A model generated the notes under the pieces. That model searched no databases. It was not told the DNA's origin and was given only the letters and a program-made list of their open reading frames with translations. Made by a program: the position numbers and the translations under genes. Of a stretch of 64,000 nt of DNA, positions 53,598 to 64,000 are shown one piece after another; the first letter of the stretch is position 1, and each line of letters opens with the position of its first letter. This DNA comes from Tubiluchus corallicola (lineage: Eukaryota > Animalia > Priapulida): positions 1,240,001-1,304,000 of the forward strand of contig JAQGDQ010000020.1 of assembly GCA_030141605.1 (NCBI GenBank). The letters are read 5' to 3'.

Positions 53598-55399
53598 GTC
53601 AGAAATTATGGTGCAACTATGAATCTATAGGCCACAGAAAAAAGGAAATAAACTTGTCGTTAAGCTCAATAGCTTTTCTATTTTAAAGTGGGCGGAGCAT
53701 TCTTTTATTATAGCTAAGTAAAACCTGACGCCCTATACTAACAGCACAGGAATTAAAGCTTTGTTTTTCTCTTGCGTACCGTTGTTTAGGTTTCTATGTT
53801 TTGCACAATTCGATTTCTCAGATGGTAACGGCAAATATGATAACGGAAAAAGCTGCAGAAGTTTGAATTAGTTTAAGCAGCGCGAATCAACCGAAGACCA
53901 GTAATTACCAACCAAGAGTCCACCAGTTGCGTAATAATTTTCAGTTCAAATAAATTATAATATAAATTAACTTTTTGTTTTATTGACATTTTTTTGAGAA
54001 TTAGTTTTCTAAGTTTATGTGACAACAGTAAAATAAACCCAATATGCTAAGCGGCTTGTCCTTTCCTTTAAGTATAAAATATCCCCTAGCGAGCGTAAAC
54101 CGTACTAATGATGTGGTATTAAAATCTAAAAATACCATCTATACGGTATTTTGACATTAAAAAATTTACACTATACAGTAAACAAAAATCTATATAAACT
54201 ATAAAATACAAGCACCTGCAGGGTATCTTTTGCATCCCCAATGATAACCAAACAAAGAATTTCAGCAAATCTGATTCACTAGTTGTCCCGGTCATAGCCG
54301 TATAAGTATCTGGATTCAACTTGGAACATTACAGCAGTTATCAAGGGGAGTACAATAAAGATAATTCATTACTTAATTCTGACATATCCATTCTAGTATC
54401 ATGTTTACATTCACAATATTTTTCACAAATAATTCTGCTCATTGGTCACATTGTAAGTGCACATTAGAGGCAATCTGTTCTACATAATAACTTGCACTCT
54501 TTGCATTACACACATTTCAATTCTTGTTATATTTATATCTCAATAGCTGTGAGTTGTAACCCAAAAAAGAATCTACTGAATCAATTGCATTTTTTGCAAA
54601 AAAAGTTTATTAGTTCAAACGCAAGTGAGTGTTTTTTGGAATTTTTTAATATACTTATACAAAAGAATGTTGCAGCTTTTTGCTTTATTGACAACTCTGT
54701 ATATATAAATATAATATACATTTAATATATCTATGTTTATACAAAAAATCCAAAGCAACTTTCTTCTGCAGTTAGATACATACTTGCCAAATCCACTTTC
54801 TTGACGCCACTGTGTTAAACTTCTTAAGAAGTCCATTCCTCTTCCTTGCGGTCTCAACTTTAACTTCTACATTTATGTTGTGTGTAACACGTTTCTCCTC
54901 GTCTACAACAGGTTCTTCTACGGCTGAATCTCGCAAGGTGGGTCTACCACTAAAACGAGCACGGATCACAGGTTGTTGCTTCCAACCTATGGTTGCTATG
55001 AATGCGAAACAAGCCAATCAAGAATCTGTCTTTGGCTATTTGTTCCATTTAGTGAAATAATGATAATAAAAATTGCAGATCGGTTTCTTTTCTTACAAAT
55101 ATTCAAGTTTACGCGCTGAAAGTATATACCAGAATGACGCTGCTTTGCTCAAAGCCTTCTAAACTCGCGTAGTCTTGGAAACGCAAACGCAAGTCTTGAA
55201 AACAATGGGCGACTGTCACTGTACTGCGTATTCTTGCTTCTATGCTTTTAATAACTTCCCAACCTTACATATATTATGCTATGAAAAATTTGAAAACTTA
55301 ACAACATTCACGTAGTTACTCTATCACATTTTTTGCGAATATATATATCCAGTGCATGCTAAAAGTTTTTATAAATTATGCAAGTATTCACTAAACACA

Positions 55400-55465
55400 T
55401 CTCTCTCTCTCTCTGTGTCTCTGTCTCTCTCTCTTTCTCTCTTCTCTCTTGCTCTCTCCTCTCTC

Positions 55466-55510
<45 letters not shown>

Positions 55511-55515
55511 CTCTG

Positions 55516-55560
<45 letters not shown>

Positions 55561-55590
55561 CTCTCTCCTCTCTCTCGCTCTCTTTCTTTC
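55400..55590. repeat. (CT)n microsatellite
   Basis: Directly visible. Confidence 0.95.
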
Positions 55591-56489
55591 AAAAAGCTTT
55601 CGATGGTGTTTGGATAAGTTGGCTACTGTACAAGTTGTATCAATATTGTATAGTGGTATTAAAGGCATCATTTATACGTATAATACGTATTAAAGGTACG
55701 TATTATATCAATATGGTATTAAAGGAAACGTGTTGTGTCTTATTAGTACATTTTTAAAAAATAGGAAAATTGTTTTACGTATTAATGGCCATTCATCTCC
55801 AAAGTACAATTGTCAGTTGGGTTTCCCACAAGGTTCCGTTTTGTCACCATTACTGTTTGTTATCATAACAAGAATCCTTTATTTGCTGCCCTATCGGAAT
55901 TAATTTGTTAGAAATTTTACATCGTAATGGCGCGTTCAGACGCAGCGACTTCTCTCGTAACATGCTGCAACATGTGAACGGTTTGGCAACTTCTGTGAAC
56001 TGTTTAAGTTCGGTTTAAACAAAACGGGTCAAGTCTTAAAAAGTGTGATCGGTGAACTGAGAAACGTTGATTATGATTCAAAATACGTAATAATAAGTAT
56101 GTTTCTATATGAAGTAGTAGTAGAGGTAATAGTTGTTAGAATAGGAAGAGAAGGAGGAGGCAGAACAGGAGGAGGAAGAGCACCAGGAACAGCAGCAGTA
56201 GAAGCGGCAATAGTTGTTGAACAGGAAGAGAAGGAGAAGGCAGAGCAGGAGGAGGAAGAGCACCAGGAACAGCAGCAGCGACAATGACATTTTCTTCTCC
56301 CTTTTATCTTTGTTGCGAAAGGGGGGAAAATAAAAAACGGACAAAAGGAAGTAAAAGAAAAGCAAAAGAAAAAACTAAATGGCAAAATTATTAAGATTTT
56401 TAATAATCTTAAAATACCAAGTACTAGAAATAAAATACTTTGCGGTTTTTTAATGAAAATTAAAATAATTTGCAGCAAGATCTGCAATT

Positions 56490-56669
56490 TTATTGATACA
56501 TTAGAATGCTCAGTTATTGATACATTAGAATGCTCAGTTATTGATACATTAGAATGCTCAGTTATTGATACATTTGAATGCTCAGTTATTGATACATTAG
56601 AATGCTCAGTTATTGATACATTAGAATGCTCAGTTATTGATACATTAGAATGCTCAGTTATTGATACAT
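56490..56669. repeat. 24-bp minisatellite, 7.5 copies
   Basis: Unit TTATTGATACATTAGAATGCTCAG. Confidence 0.95.
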
Positions 56670-57088
56670 AATGAACTATCTACACTAAAGTTGACAACAT
56701 ATATATATATATACAGTGTTCTGCTTAATAAATATTGTAACGCTTCTTTATAATTTACTAGCTACGAATTTGTGAAAAAGTGCAGAATCAGATTTACAGT
56801 AACATTGACATCTAAATAAATAAACAGTCTAAGATTCAACAAATGGCTAAACTAATAAGCACAGTGACTCAGAAATTACTCAAACTATATAGAAAAAAGT
56901 TGAAGAATAAAATAAGAATAAAATAGATAAAATTTAGAAAAGCTGAAATAACAAATAATATGGATAATAAACAGTGGCCATTATAAATATCTTCACGAGG
57001 TATGTGTTATCTCTTTCTTATGTCACGCTTGCTAAAAGATCACGCACATGGTTCGTTTTGCCATCTACAAAGTCATTAATTGAATTAT

Positions 57089-57208
57089 TACTACGGCCAA
57101 ATCACGTTGAAAACACAGGTTCTCCTCTGATCACCGAAGTTAAGCAACGTAGAGCCTGGTTAGTACTTGGATGGGTGACCGCCTAGGAATACCAGGTGCT
57201 GTAGGCTT
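57089..57208 (+). rRNA. 5S rRNA-like sequence (head of a SINE; probably not a functional rRNA gene)
   Basis: CTACGGCCA..CACGTTGAAAACAC..GATCACCGAAGTTAAGCAACG..GGTTAGTACTTGGATGGGTGACCGCC..GAATACCAGGTGCTGTAGGCTT; no oligo-T terminator follows. Confidence 0.8.
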
Positions 57209-57637
57209 GCGGGATGCCCACACTGTATCTCGACACTAGGCGGAGGAGCTGCACAAGCAGCCAACGGCTAGAGGGTGGAGGAGGTCAAGTGACCCAACAG
57301 CCATGTGTGGAGGAGTAAACCTTCCAAATCAAGATGGAGCCCCGAAGGCGGACCAGTGCAGCATGCTCACTGACTCCGGCAGTTCCTGCAACCAACCTGG
57401 TGCCAAACGTATCGCTCCGCTTTCCTTTGGACTACTCTAGGGAGGAAGAGAGGGGGTTCCTGTTGTCTGGGCAACTCAGGATCCCCATACACCTTGCCCA
57501 GGCGTGCGCCCTGGAGACGTTCAAGGATCGCACTGCTCAGCCACAGTCGACGCTGCAGCTCCATCAATGTGATCAAAAACTGACTCTCTTGGCGCACACT
57601 CCATTGTCTTCCGAGACAGAAGGATGCCAACAACAAC
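57089..57637 (+). mobile_element. Full-length 5S-derived SINE (SINE3) with RTE-derived tail and (CAA)n end
   Basis: 5S head, GC-rich body, RTE ORF-end remnant SRIALLSHSRRCS at 57521-57583, CAA tail, 10-bp TSD AATTGAATTA at 57078-57087 and 57638-57647. Confidence 0.87.
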
Positions 57638-57717
57638 AATTGAATTAATTTAATTTCAAGAGTACTAATATGTACGTATTTTACACTGTACTTTTTGTAT
57701 GTTACATTAACTGATTA

Positions 57718-58689
57718 CGCTAGAACCATTTCTATGCCTGAATGTTGATTGAAATTCAGCTCATCAAACGCTAGAAGCATTTCTATGCCTGAATGTTGAT
57801 TGAAATACAACTCATCAAACACTGGAACCATTTCTATGCCTGAATGTTGATTGAAATCCAACTCATCAAACGCTAGAACCATTTCTATGTCTGAATGTTG
57901 ATTAAAATCCAACTCATCAAACGCTAGAACCATTTCTATGCCTGAATGTTGATTGAAATTCAACTCATCACACGCTAGAACCATTTCTATGCCTGAATGT
58001 TGATTGAAATTCAACTCACCAAACGCTAGAACCATTTCTATGCCTGAATGTTGATTGAAATCCAACTCACCAAACGCTAGAACAATTTCTATGCCTGAAT
58101 GTTGATTGAAATTCAATTCATCAAACGCTAGAACCATTTCTGTGCCTGAATGTTGATTGAAATCCAACTCATCAAACGCTAGAACCATTTCTATGCCTGA
58201 ATGTTGATTGAAATTCAACTCATCACACGCTAGAACCATTTCTATGCCTGAATGTTGATTGAAATTCAACTCATCAAACGCTAGAACCATTTCTATGCCT
58301 GAATGTTGATTGAAATCCAACTCATCAAACGCTAGAACCATTTCTGTGCCTGAATGTTGATTGAAATTCAATTCATCAAACGCTAGAACCATTTCTGTGC
58401 CTGAATGTTGATTGAAATTCAATTCATCAAACGCTAGAACCATTTCTGTGCCTGAATGTTGATTGAAATCCAACTCATCAAACGCTAGAACCATTTCTAT
58501 GCCTGAATGTTGATTGAAATACAACTCATCAAACGCTAGAACCATTTCTGTGCCTGAATGTTGATTGAAATTCAATTCATCAAACGCTAGAACCATTTCT
58601 GTGCCTGAATGTTGATTGAAATCCAACTCATCAAACGCTAGAACCATTTCTATACCTGAATGTTGATTGAAATTCAATTCATCAAACGC
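57718..58689. repeat. 51-bp minisatellite, ~19 copies, starting at the kinase stop codon
   Basis: Unit CTAGAACCATTTCTATGCCTGAATGTTGATTGAAATTCAACTCATCAAACG. Confidence 0.96.
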
Positions 58690-59171
58690 TGGCTGCTTTC
58701 TTTTCTTGTTCTTCTCCACACGTCATCAACACGTCATTGGCTGAAAGAGGCGGTGACACAAACACGTCATCATCATCATAATCTTCCAATAGGAGTGAGG
58801 TTTCGGGACATTTTCCTGGACCAAACAAACTCAACTGCTGGGATAAACTCATGGCTGCTCGATAGCTTCCTGATCTGGTAGTTCGTGGTCGGATGCTGCT
58901 GTCCAATGAAGACACAGGCTGTATGGAAGATCCATTGAAGGCGCTACTTGAACTGCCAGTGAACAGAGCACCTGCAGACGTTCGACTACTTCTTGATCCT
59001 CTTGAACGGTTGTTGGAACAGGACGTCCTGCGGTTGGGTTTGGTGTTGTCCATTGTGCTGGTGGATGGTGATCGTCTAAACACGGCAGGTTCCACATATG
59101 GCTGAAGACTTCCACTGACAGAGATTCTTCGGACTATGTTGCTCTCTGTGTTGGAGTCAAGAGTGACGTCA
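58682..59171 (-). CDS. Tyrosine (pseudo)kinase, last coding exon (Ser/Arg-rich C-tail)
   Basis: tttcag acceptor, phase 2 matches the upstream exon, open frame to ...EKKAASV*. Confidence 0.78.
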
Positions 59172-59651
59172 CTGAAACAATTATTAAAGTCAGTTGATTG
59201 TCAAACGAATCCTTTTGAACGAAAACTACGCCATCTTGAATTTTTCAACTTCCCCGAAGTGGCCCGCTAGACATCATCATTCAGATTCTTAATGTAAAGA
59301 TCGTCACGAGTCAGTATTAGCAAAAACCCACGTGGACTCTCACACTAAACATACTAAAATAACTTTTCTACGAAAGCGTTTCATGGAATTTTGTTTGCAA
59401 CGTTCTTCGAAAGTTCATTTTTTCCCAATTTCAAGGAAACAATTTCAATCTATTACTCCGTCAAACCACAAAACTGTTGGTACCTCAGTAACTTTACACT
59501 TACTCAATAAACAGTATTCGGTGTTATTCTGTTCACACTCATAGAGGCGGCATAGAGGCAGTTTCGAGTCATTCTGCGAAGAACGGGTGGACCATTATCA
59601 GAACACCTAATGTAACTTTAATGTTTCTAATTTAACGTATTCTCTGTGATT

Positions 59652-60159
59652 CTGTGTTAAGAGATCCTATATAGCAACAAATCTGTGTTAACAGATCCTG
59701 TATAGTAACAAATCTGTGTTAACAGATCCTATATAGTAACAAATCTGTGTTAACAGATCCTATATAGTAACAAATCTGTGTTAACGGATCCTATATAGTA
59801 ACAAATCTGCACTAACAGATCCTATATAGTAACAAATCTGTGTTAACAGATCCTATATAGTAACAAATCTGTATTAACAGATCCTATATAGTAACAAATC
59901 TGTATTAACAGATCCTATATAGTAACAAACCTGTGTTAACAGATCCTATATAGTAACAAATCTGTGTTAACAGATCCTATATAGTAACAAATCTGTGTTA
60001 ACTGATCCTATATAGTAACAAATCTGTATTAACAGATCCTATATAGTAACAAATCTGTATTAACAGATCCTATATAGTAACAAATCTGTGTTAACAGATC
60101 CTATATAGTAACAAATCTGTGTTAACAGATCCTATATAGTAACAAATCTGTGTTAACAG
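59652..60159. repeat. 31-bp intronic minisatellite, ~16 copies
   Basis: Unit TCTGTGTTAACAGATCCTATATAGTAACAAA. Confidence 0.95.
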
Positions 60160-60272
60160 GCTTGATACTAGGGTTTTGCATTTATGTCGGAAAATATTCT
60201 ACGCAGACTAATGTTCTTTGTACTGCAAACCAACGTTAGATAAAGTAAACTGTTCCTGCATATAATACTTAC

Positions 60273-60419
60273 TTATACATTTCGCCAGGCGTGTAAATCA
60301 CATTTAAATCTAAGTGCTTGTCTGCATGAGGTATCATTGCCTGCAATTCCTGAGTAATTGTACCAAATAGAGGACGTTTATTTGCATCATACTGCCAGCA
60401 TCTGGTCATTATGTTATAC
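60273..60419 (-). CDS. Tyrosine (pseudo)kinase exon, subdomain XI
   Basis: (L)YNIMTRCWQYDANKRPLF; tttcag acceptor, gtaagt donor; phase 2/2. Confidence 0.9.
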
Positions 60420-60546
60420 CTGAAATTGTAGAAAGAATGAATGCGATGTTAACATATAAAGCGTACGTCGCTTTGGCATTTGATATGAAACAAATGTATC
60501 AGAAAACAATGTCAAGTTCAAGTGCACTGAAAACAAATGTAAAATA

Positions 60547-60927
60547 CCGTATTTATTCGAGTATAACGCGCAAAATTTTCTACATAAAAAAGAAGTCAAA
60601 GTTTGTGTGCGCGTTATAAACAAGTGCTGGGGTGAGGCGTAGATAAGGAAATAATCAATAATATTTGCGTCATCAGCAGACTTTGTCAGACGGTGCAACG
60701 TCTAGACGGTTTGTCTAGGGTGTCTGGCCCACGAAAATCGAGCAGCTAGCCGAGAATTCACTGTACCAGAGACGAATGTTAGAGACTGGAATTGTTCAAC
60801 AACGTTTGTCACTTACAATGCTTGGTCTGAGCCGAGAAAAAGTGAAACAAAATTTTATACCGATTTTTAATCGAAAATTAGGGGTGCGCGTTATACACGT
60901 GCGCGCGTTCTACTCGAATAAATACGG
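60547..60927 (+). mobile_element. Tc2/pogo-like non-autonomous element with HTH remnant
   Basis: TIR CCGTATTTATTCGAGTA / TACTCGAATAAATACGG, TA TSD; 60730-60792 reads HENRAASREFTVPETNVRDWN (BrkDBD-like pogo N-terminus). Confidence 0.88.
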
Positions 60928-61090
60928 TACATTGAACTAAATTAAACGTGTAAACAGACTAAAAAATAAACAAAAAAAGCTGTATGAAACGACAAAAATG
61001 CCAAATATACATTTGCTAAATGGGATGAAATGTCAGAAACGGTGAAAGAGGTTCAAATTACATAGGGAAAATCGCTTAGCTTGTACTTAC

Positions 61091-61187
61091 AATTCATCAG
61101 AGCAGAAGTTAGTCTTCTCTAGTCTGTTTCCTCCTAGCAAAACGTTGAGGATTTCATCTTCTTCCATACCAGGATAAGGAGTTATAC
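61091..61187 (-). CDS. Tyrosine (pseudo)kinase exon, subdomain X
   Basis: GITPYPGMEEDEILNVLLGGNRLEKTNFCSDEL; tgtag acceptor, gtaagt donor; phase 1/2. Confidence 0.9.
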
Positions 61188-62206
61188 CTACAATTTAACA
61201 AAGATATAAATCTTGCTTGCTACACCACTGCATTCTTAAAATTCAGTTAAGTTTTATTTTCACTCAAATGGTGCAATCTTGCTTGTAATAACATCATTCC
61301 TAACTATTACAATTGTATGCTTGCAAACCAAAACCGTCCATAAATCGGCAAAGTTAAAACTACGTTATGATGCTTCAAAGTAGAATGCACCAAAATGTGG
61401 CCAAAACTCAATTTTTCGTTTTTTTATAAAAACGACTATTAAATATATTGGACTTTGATATTCCAGCATCAAATCATCAGGATAATGTTAAAGAAATGCT
61501 AAAAATCTAATTTTATAAACCCGTGCCCACTTCTGTGCCTAAAAGCTAGTACTACAATTGCAAAAAGTAGTCGTTGAAACAGTCACTTTGCTTCAGATTT
61601 TTTTCTACTGCCAAGCCTAGAGCTTCGTCAGACTTCGCCATCTACAGGATTTAAGTATAACTTCAATGTGTTGCTGCAGAGTCCGTAGCAACCAACATTT
61701 GTGCGGTTGCTAAGTGTTTTGTAGAAACGTGACAAAAAACAATGGCTAACTTCAACAGTGATTTTCTCAAGATTATGTTTTCCAGTGTGCAGCCTGCACC
61801 TCACCTTCAACGTGGATTATCACAGCTTAGAAATAACATAGAGTGGTGAACTTGGTATCAAAATGATCCTCGTGAAATGGAGATTCAGGATACGTGAATC
61901 ACTAGAAAAGCTTAATTGACGACCTATGAACGATTTTGCTATGCAAGCACACATATATGCTGTTACGTTTGTGCAATGCGTGCATTGTATACTTATTTTC
62001 ACTATTATTGCTTCATAAGAAGTTAAATTTTAAACAGTTTCAGCTGCAATATATTCATTTGAAGACAATTTTGCACAACTTCGTCATAAGGTAACTAAGG
62101 CTCAGTTGATATTTCAAATAAACTAATTGAAATCGTTTTTCAAGTAAAAAATATTTTTCGTGAACATAGACACTAGTAGCTTTAATCAAAATAGATCTAA
62201 TCTTAC

Positions 62207-62320
62207 CCATAGTAGTAATCTCCCAGAGTAAAACACCAAAGGACCACACATCGCTTGCATAAGACCGCTTTCCATTCATCAAAGACTCAATTGCTGCCCA
62301 TCTAACTAAAACCGTGTCGT
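62207..62320 (-). CDS. Tyrosine (pseudo)kinase exon, subdomains VIII-IX
   Basis: VRWAAIESL...[17 protein letters not shown]; ttgcag acceptor, gtaag donor; phase 1/1. Confidence 0.93.
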
Positions 62321-62429
62321 CTGCAAAACAAAAACACCTTATATATGTTTTTCTTTTCAAACTCTCGCAAAAATTATTTGTAAAAAGTTACAAGTTAAGT
62401 TAAACATTTTGAGTTGACACAAATTTCCG

Positions 62430-63015
62430 TTTTGACAGTAATAATTGACGTCATTGGTCTATCACTGCACCTCCGCCATTTTGACAGTAATAATTGACCT
62501 CATTGGTCTATCGCTGCGCCTCCGCCATTTTGACTGTAATAATTGACGTCATTTGTCTATCACTGCACCTCCGCCATTTTGACAGTAATAATTGACGTCA
62601 TTGGTCTATCGCTATGCCTCCGCCATTTTGACAGTAATAATTGACCTCATTGGTCTATCGCTGCGCCTCCGCCATTTTGACAGTAATAATTGACGTCATT
62701 GGTCTATCGCTGCGCCTCCGCCATTTTGACAGTAATAATTGACGTCATTTGTCTATCACTGCACCTCCGCCATTTTGACAGTAATAATTGACGTCATTGG
62801 TCTATCGCTATGCCTCCGCCATTTTGACAGTAATAATTGACCTCATTGGTCTATCGCTGCGCCTCCGCCATTTTGACAGTAATAATTGACCTCATTGGTC
62901 TATCGCTGCGCCTCCGCCATTTTGACTGTAATAATTGACGTCATTGGTCTATCGCCATGCCTCCGCCATTTTGACAGTAATAATTGACACCATTGGTCTA
63001 TCGCAGCGCCTCCAC
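62430..63015. repeat. 49-bp intronic minisatellite, ~12 copies
   Basis: Unit TTTTGACAGTAATAATTGAC(G/C)TCATTGGTCTATCGCTGCGCCTCCGCCA. Confidence 0.95.
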
Positions 63016-63209
63016 TATGACGTAGCACGTCATACGTCATAACAACTCTCTTTAACAAGCAACTTGACAACTGATGTCTAATCAGCGGATAAACTGACTG
63101 TCATTTTTCATTCACAAAATTTGCAAGGCAGCAGATATTTTAACAAGAAATTAAAACTTTAAGTAGCCAAAAGATGCCATCACAATTTTAGCAGAATGTA
63201 GTCGGGGCT

Positions 63210-63215
63210 CGTTGT

Positions 63216-63267
<52 letters not shown>

Positions 63268-63272
63268 CGTCT

Positions 63273-63315
<43 letters not shown>

Positions 63316-63340
63316 TGTTGTTGTTGTTGTCGTTGTTGTT
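63210..63340. repeat. (GTT)n-(GTC)n microsatellite
   Basis: Directly visible. Confidence 0.93.
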
Positions 63341-63422
63341 CAGACAAGTTGAATTTTGCCAAGCGTTTGTAAGAACAGACCCCAGAGTAAGAGATTACGA
63401 AAAGAAAGACGTATTTTTGTAC

Positions 63423-63564
63423 CATTTTCACTTTCTTCTTCTTCGTCTTTCATTGTGTCACGCGCACTACTGAAGTCGCTAATTTTGACTGTACCATCAT
63501 CTGTTAGCAGCACATTTCTAGCTGCCAAACTTCCATGAACGTAACCTTTTTCCGAAATGTAGTT
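63423..63564 (-). CDS. Tyrosine (pseudo)kinase exon, subdomains VIb-VII; gene continues beyond the window
   Basis: NYISEKGYVHGSLAARNVLLTDDGTVKISDFSSARD; ttgcag acceptor, gt donor; phase 0/1. Confidence 0.92.
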
Positions 63565-63620
63565 CTGCAAAGCAAAATAAGATGAGTGAACTTTCTTGAT
63601 CCACTATATTATTATTATTA

Positions 63621-64000
63621 TTACTCTCGACACGAGCTGTCTAGTGTGAATGCCTCGTGAGTTAGTCTCGACACGAGCTGTCTAGTGTGAATGCCTCGTG
63701 AGTTACTCATGACACGAGCTGTCTAGTGTGAATGCCTCGTGAGTTACTCATGACACGAGCTGTCTAGTGTGAATGCCTCGTGAGTTACTCTCGACACGAG
63801 CTGTCTAGTGCGAATGCCTCGTGAGTTACTCTCGACACGGGCTGTCTAGTGTGAATGCCTCGTGAGTTACTTTCGACACGAGCTGTCTAGTGTGAATACC
63901 TCGTGAGTTACTCACGACACGAGCTGCCTAGTGTGAATGCCTCGTGAGTTACTCTCGACACGAGCTGTCTAGTGTGAATGCCTAGTGAGTTACTCTCGAC
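63621..64000. repeat. 41-bp minisatellite, at least 9 copies, cut by the window end; related to the Harbinger-like MITE internal repeat
   Basis: Unit GAGTTACTCTCGACACGAGCTGTCTAGTGTGAATGCCTCGT. Confidence 0.93.

Noticed and set aside
57089-57208. Functional 5S rRNA gene
   Set aside because: Single copy, altered 5' end, no oligo-T terminator, and embedded in a TSD-flanked element with a CAA tail.
57334-57648. 104-aa GC-rich ORF
   Set aside because: Lies inside the SINE body; the RTE remnant is in a different frame.
58685-58699. Class I PDZ-binding motif at the kinase C-terminus (KAASV)
   Set aside because: Position -2 is Ala, not Ser/Thr; only a weak class II-like match.

Overview
AT-rich, intron- and repeat-rich animal genomic DNA, most likely an invertebrate bilaterian; it is not prokaryotic. 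Three spliced protein-coding genes can be reconstructed with phase-consistent GT-AG introns. (1) A complete 7-exon clan-2 cytochrome P450 (+, 1577-11819, 527 aa). (2) A complete Dmrt2/Dmrt11E-class doublesex-related transcription factor (+, 41803-48426, 383 aa) with a DM domain, a DMA domain and a C-terminal eh1-like motif. (3) The last five exons of a receptor-type tyrosine kinase (-, 63564 to 58682) whose catalytic motifs are degenerate (HGSLAARN, DFS, Tyr-free acidic activation loop), i.e. a probable pseudokinase. The remainder is MITEs (hAT, Kolobok/T2-like TTAA, TA-flanked, pogo/Tc2-like, Harbinger-like), LINE fragments, a tRNA-SINE, a full-length 5S rRNA-headed SINE with an RTE-derived end, many mini/microsatellites and a 753-nt N gap. 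Several minisatellites derive from transposon termini or interiors. One 24-bp array downstream of Dmrt2 repeats a DM-domain-type binding motif. All calls come from reading the sequence by eye; no searches were run, and family assignments rest on recalled motifs.
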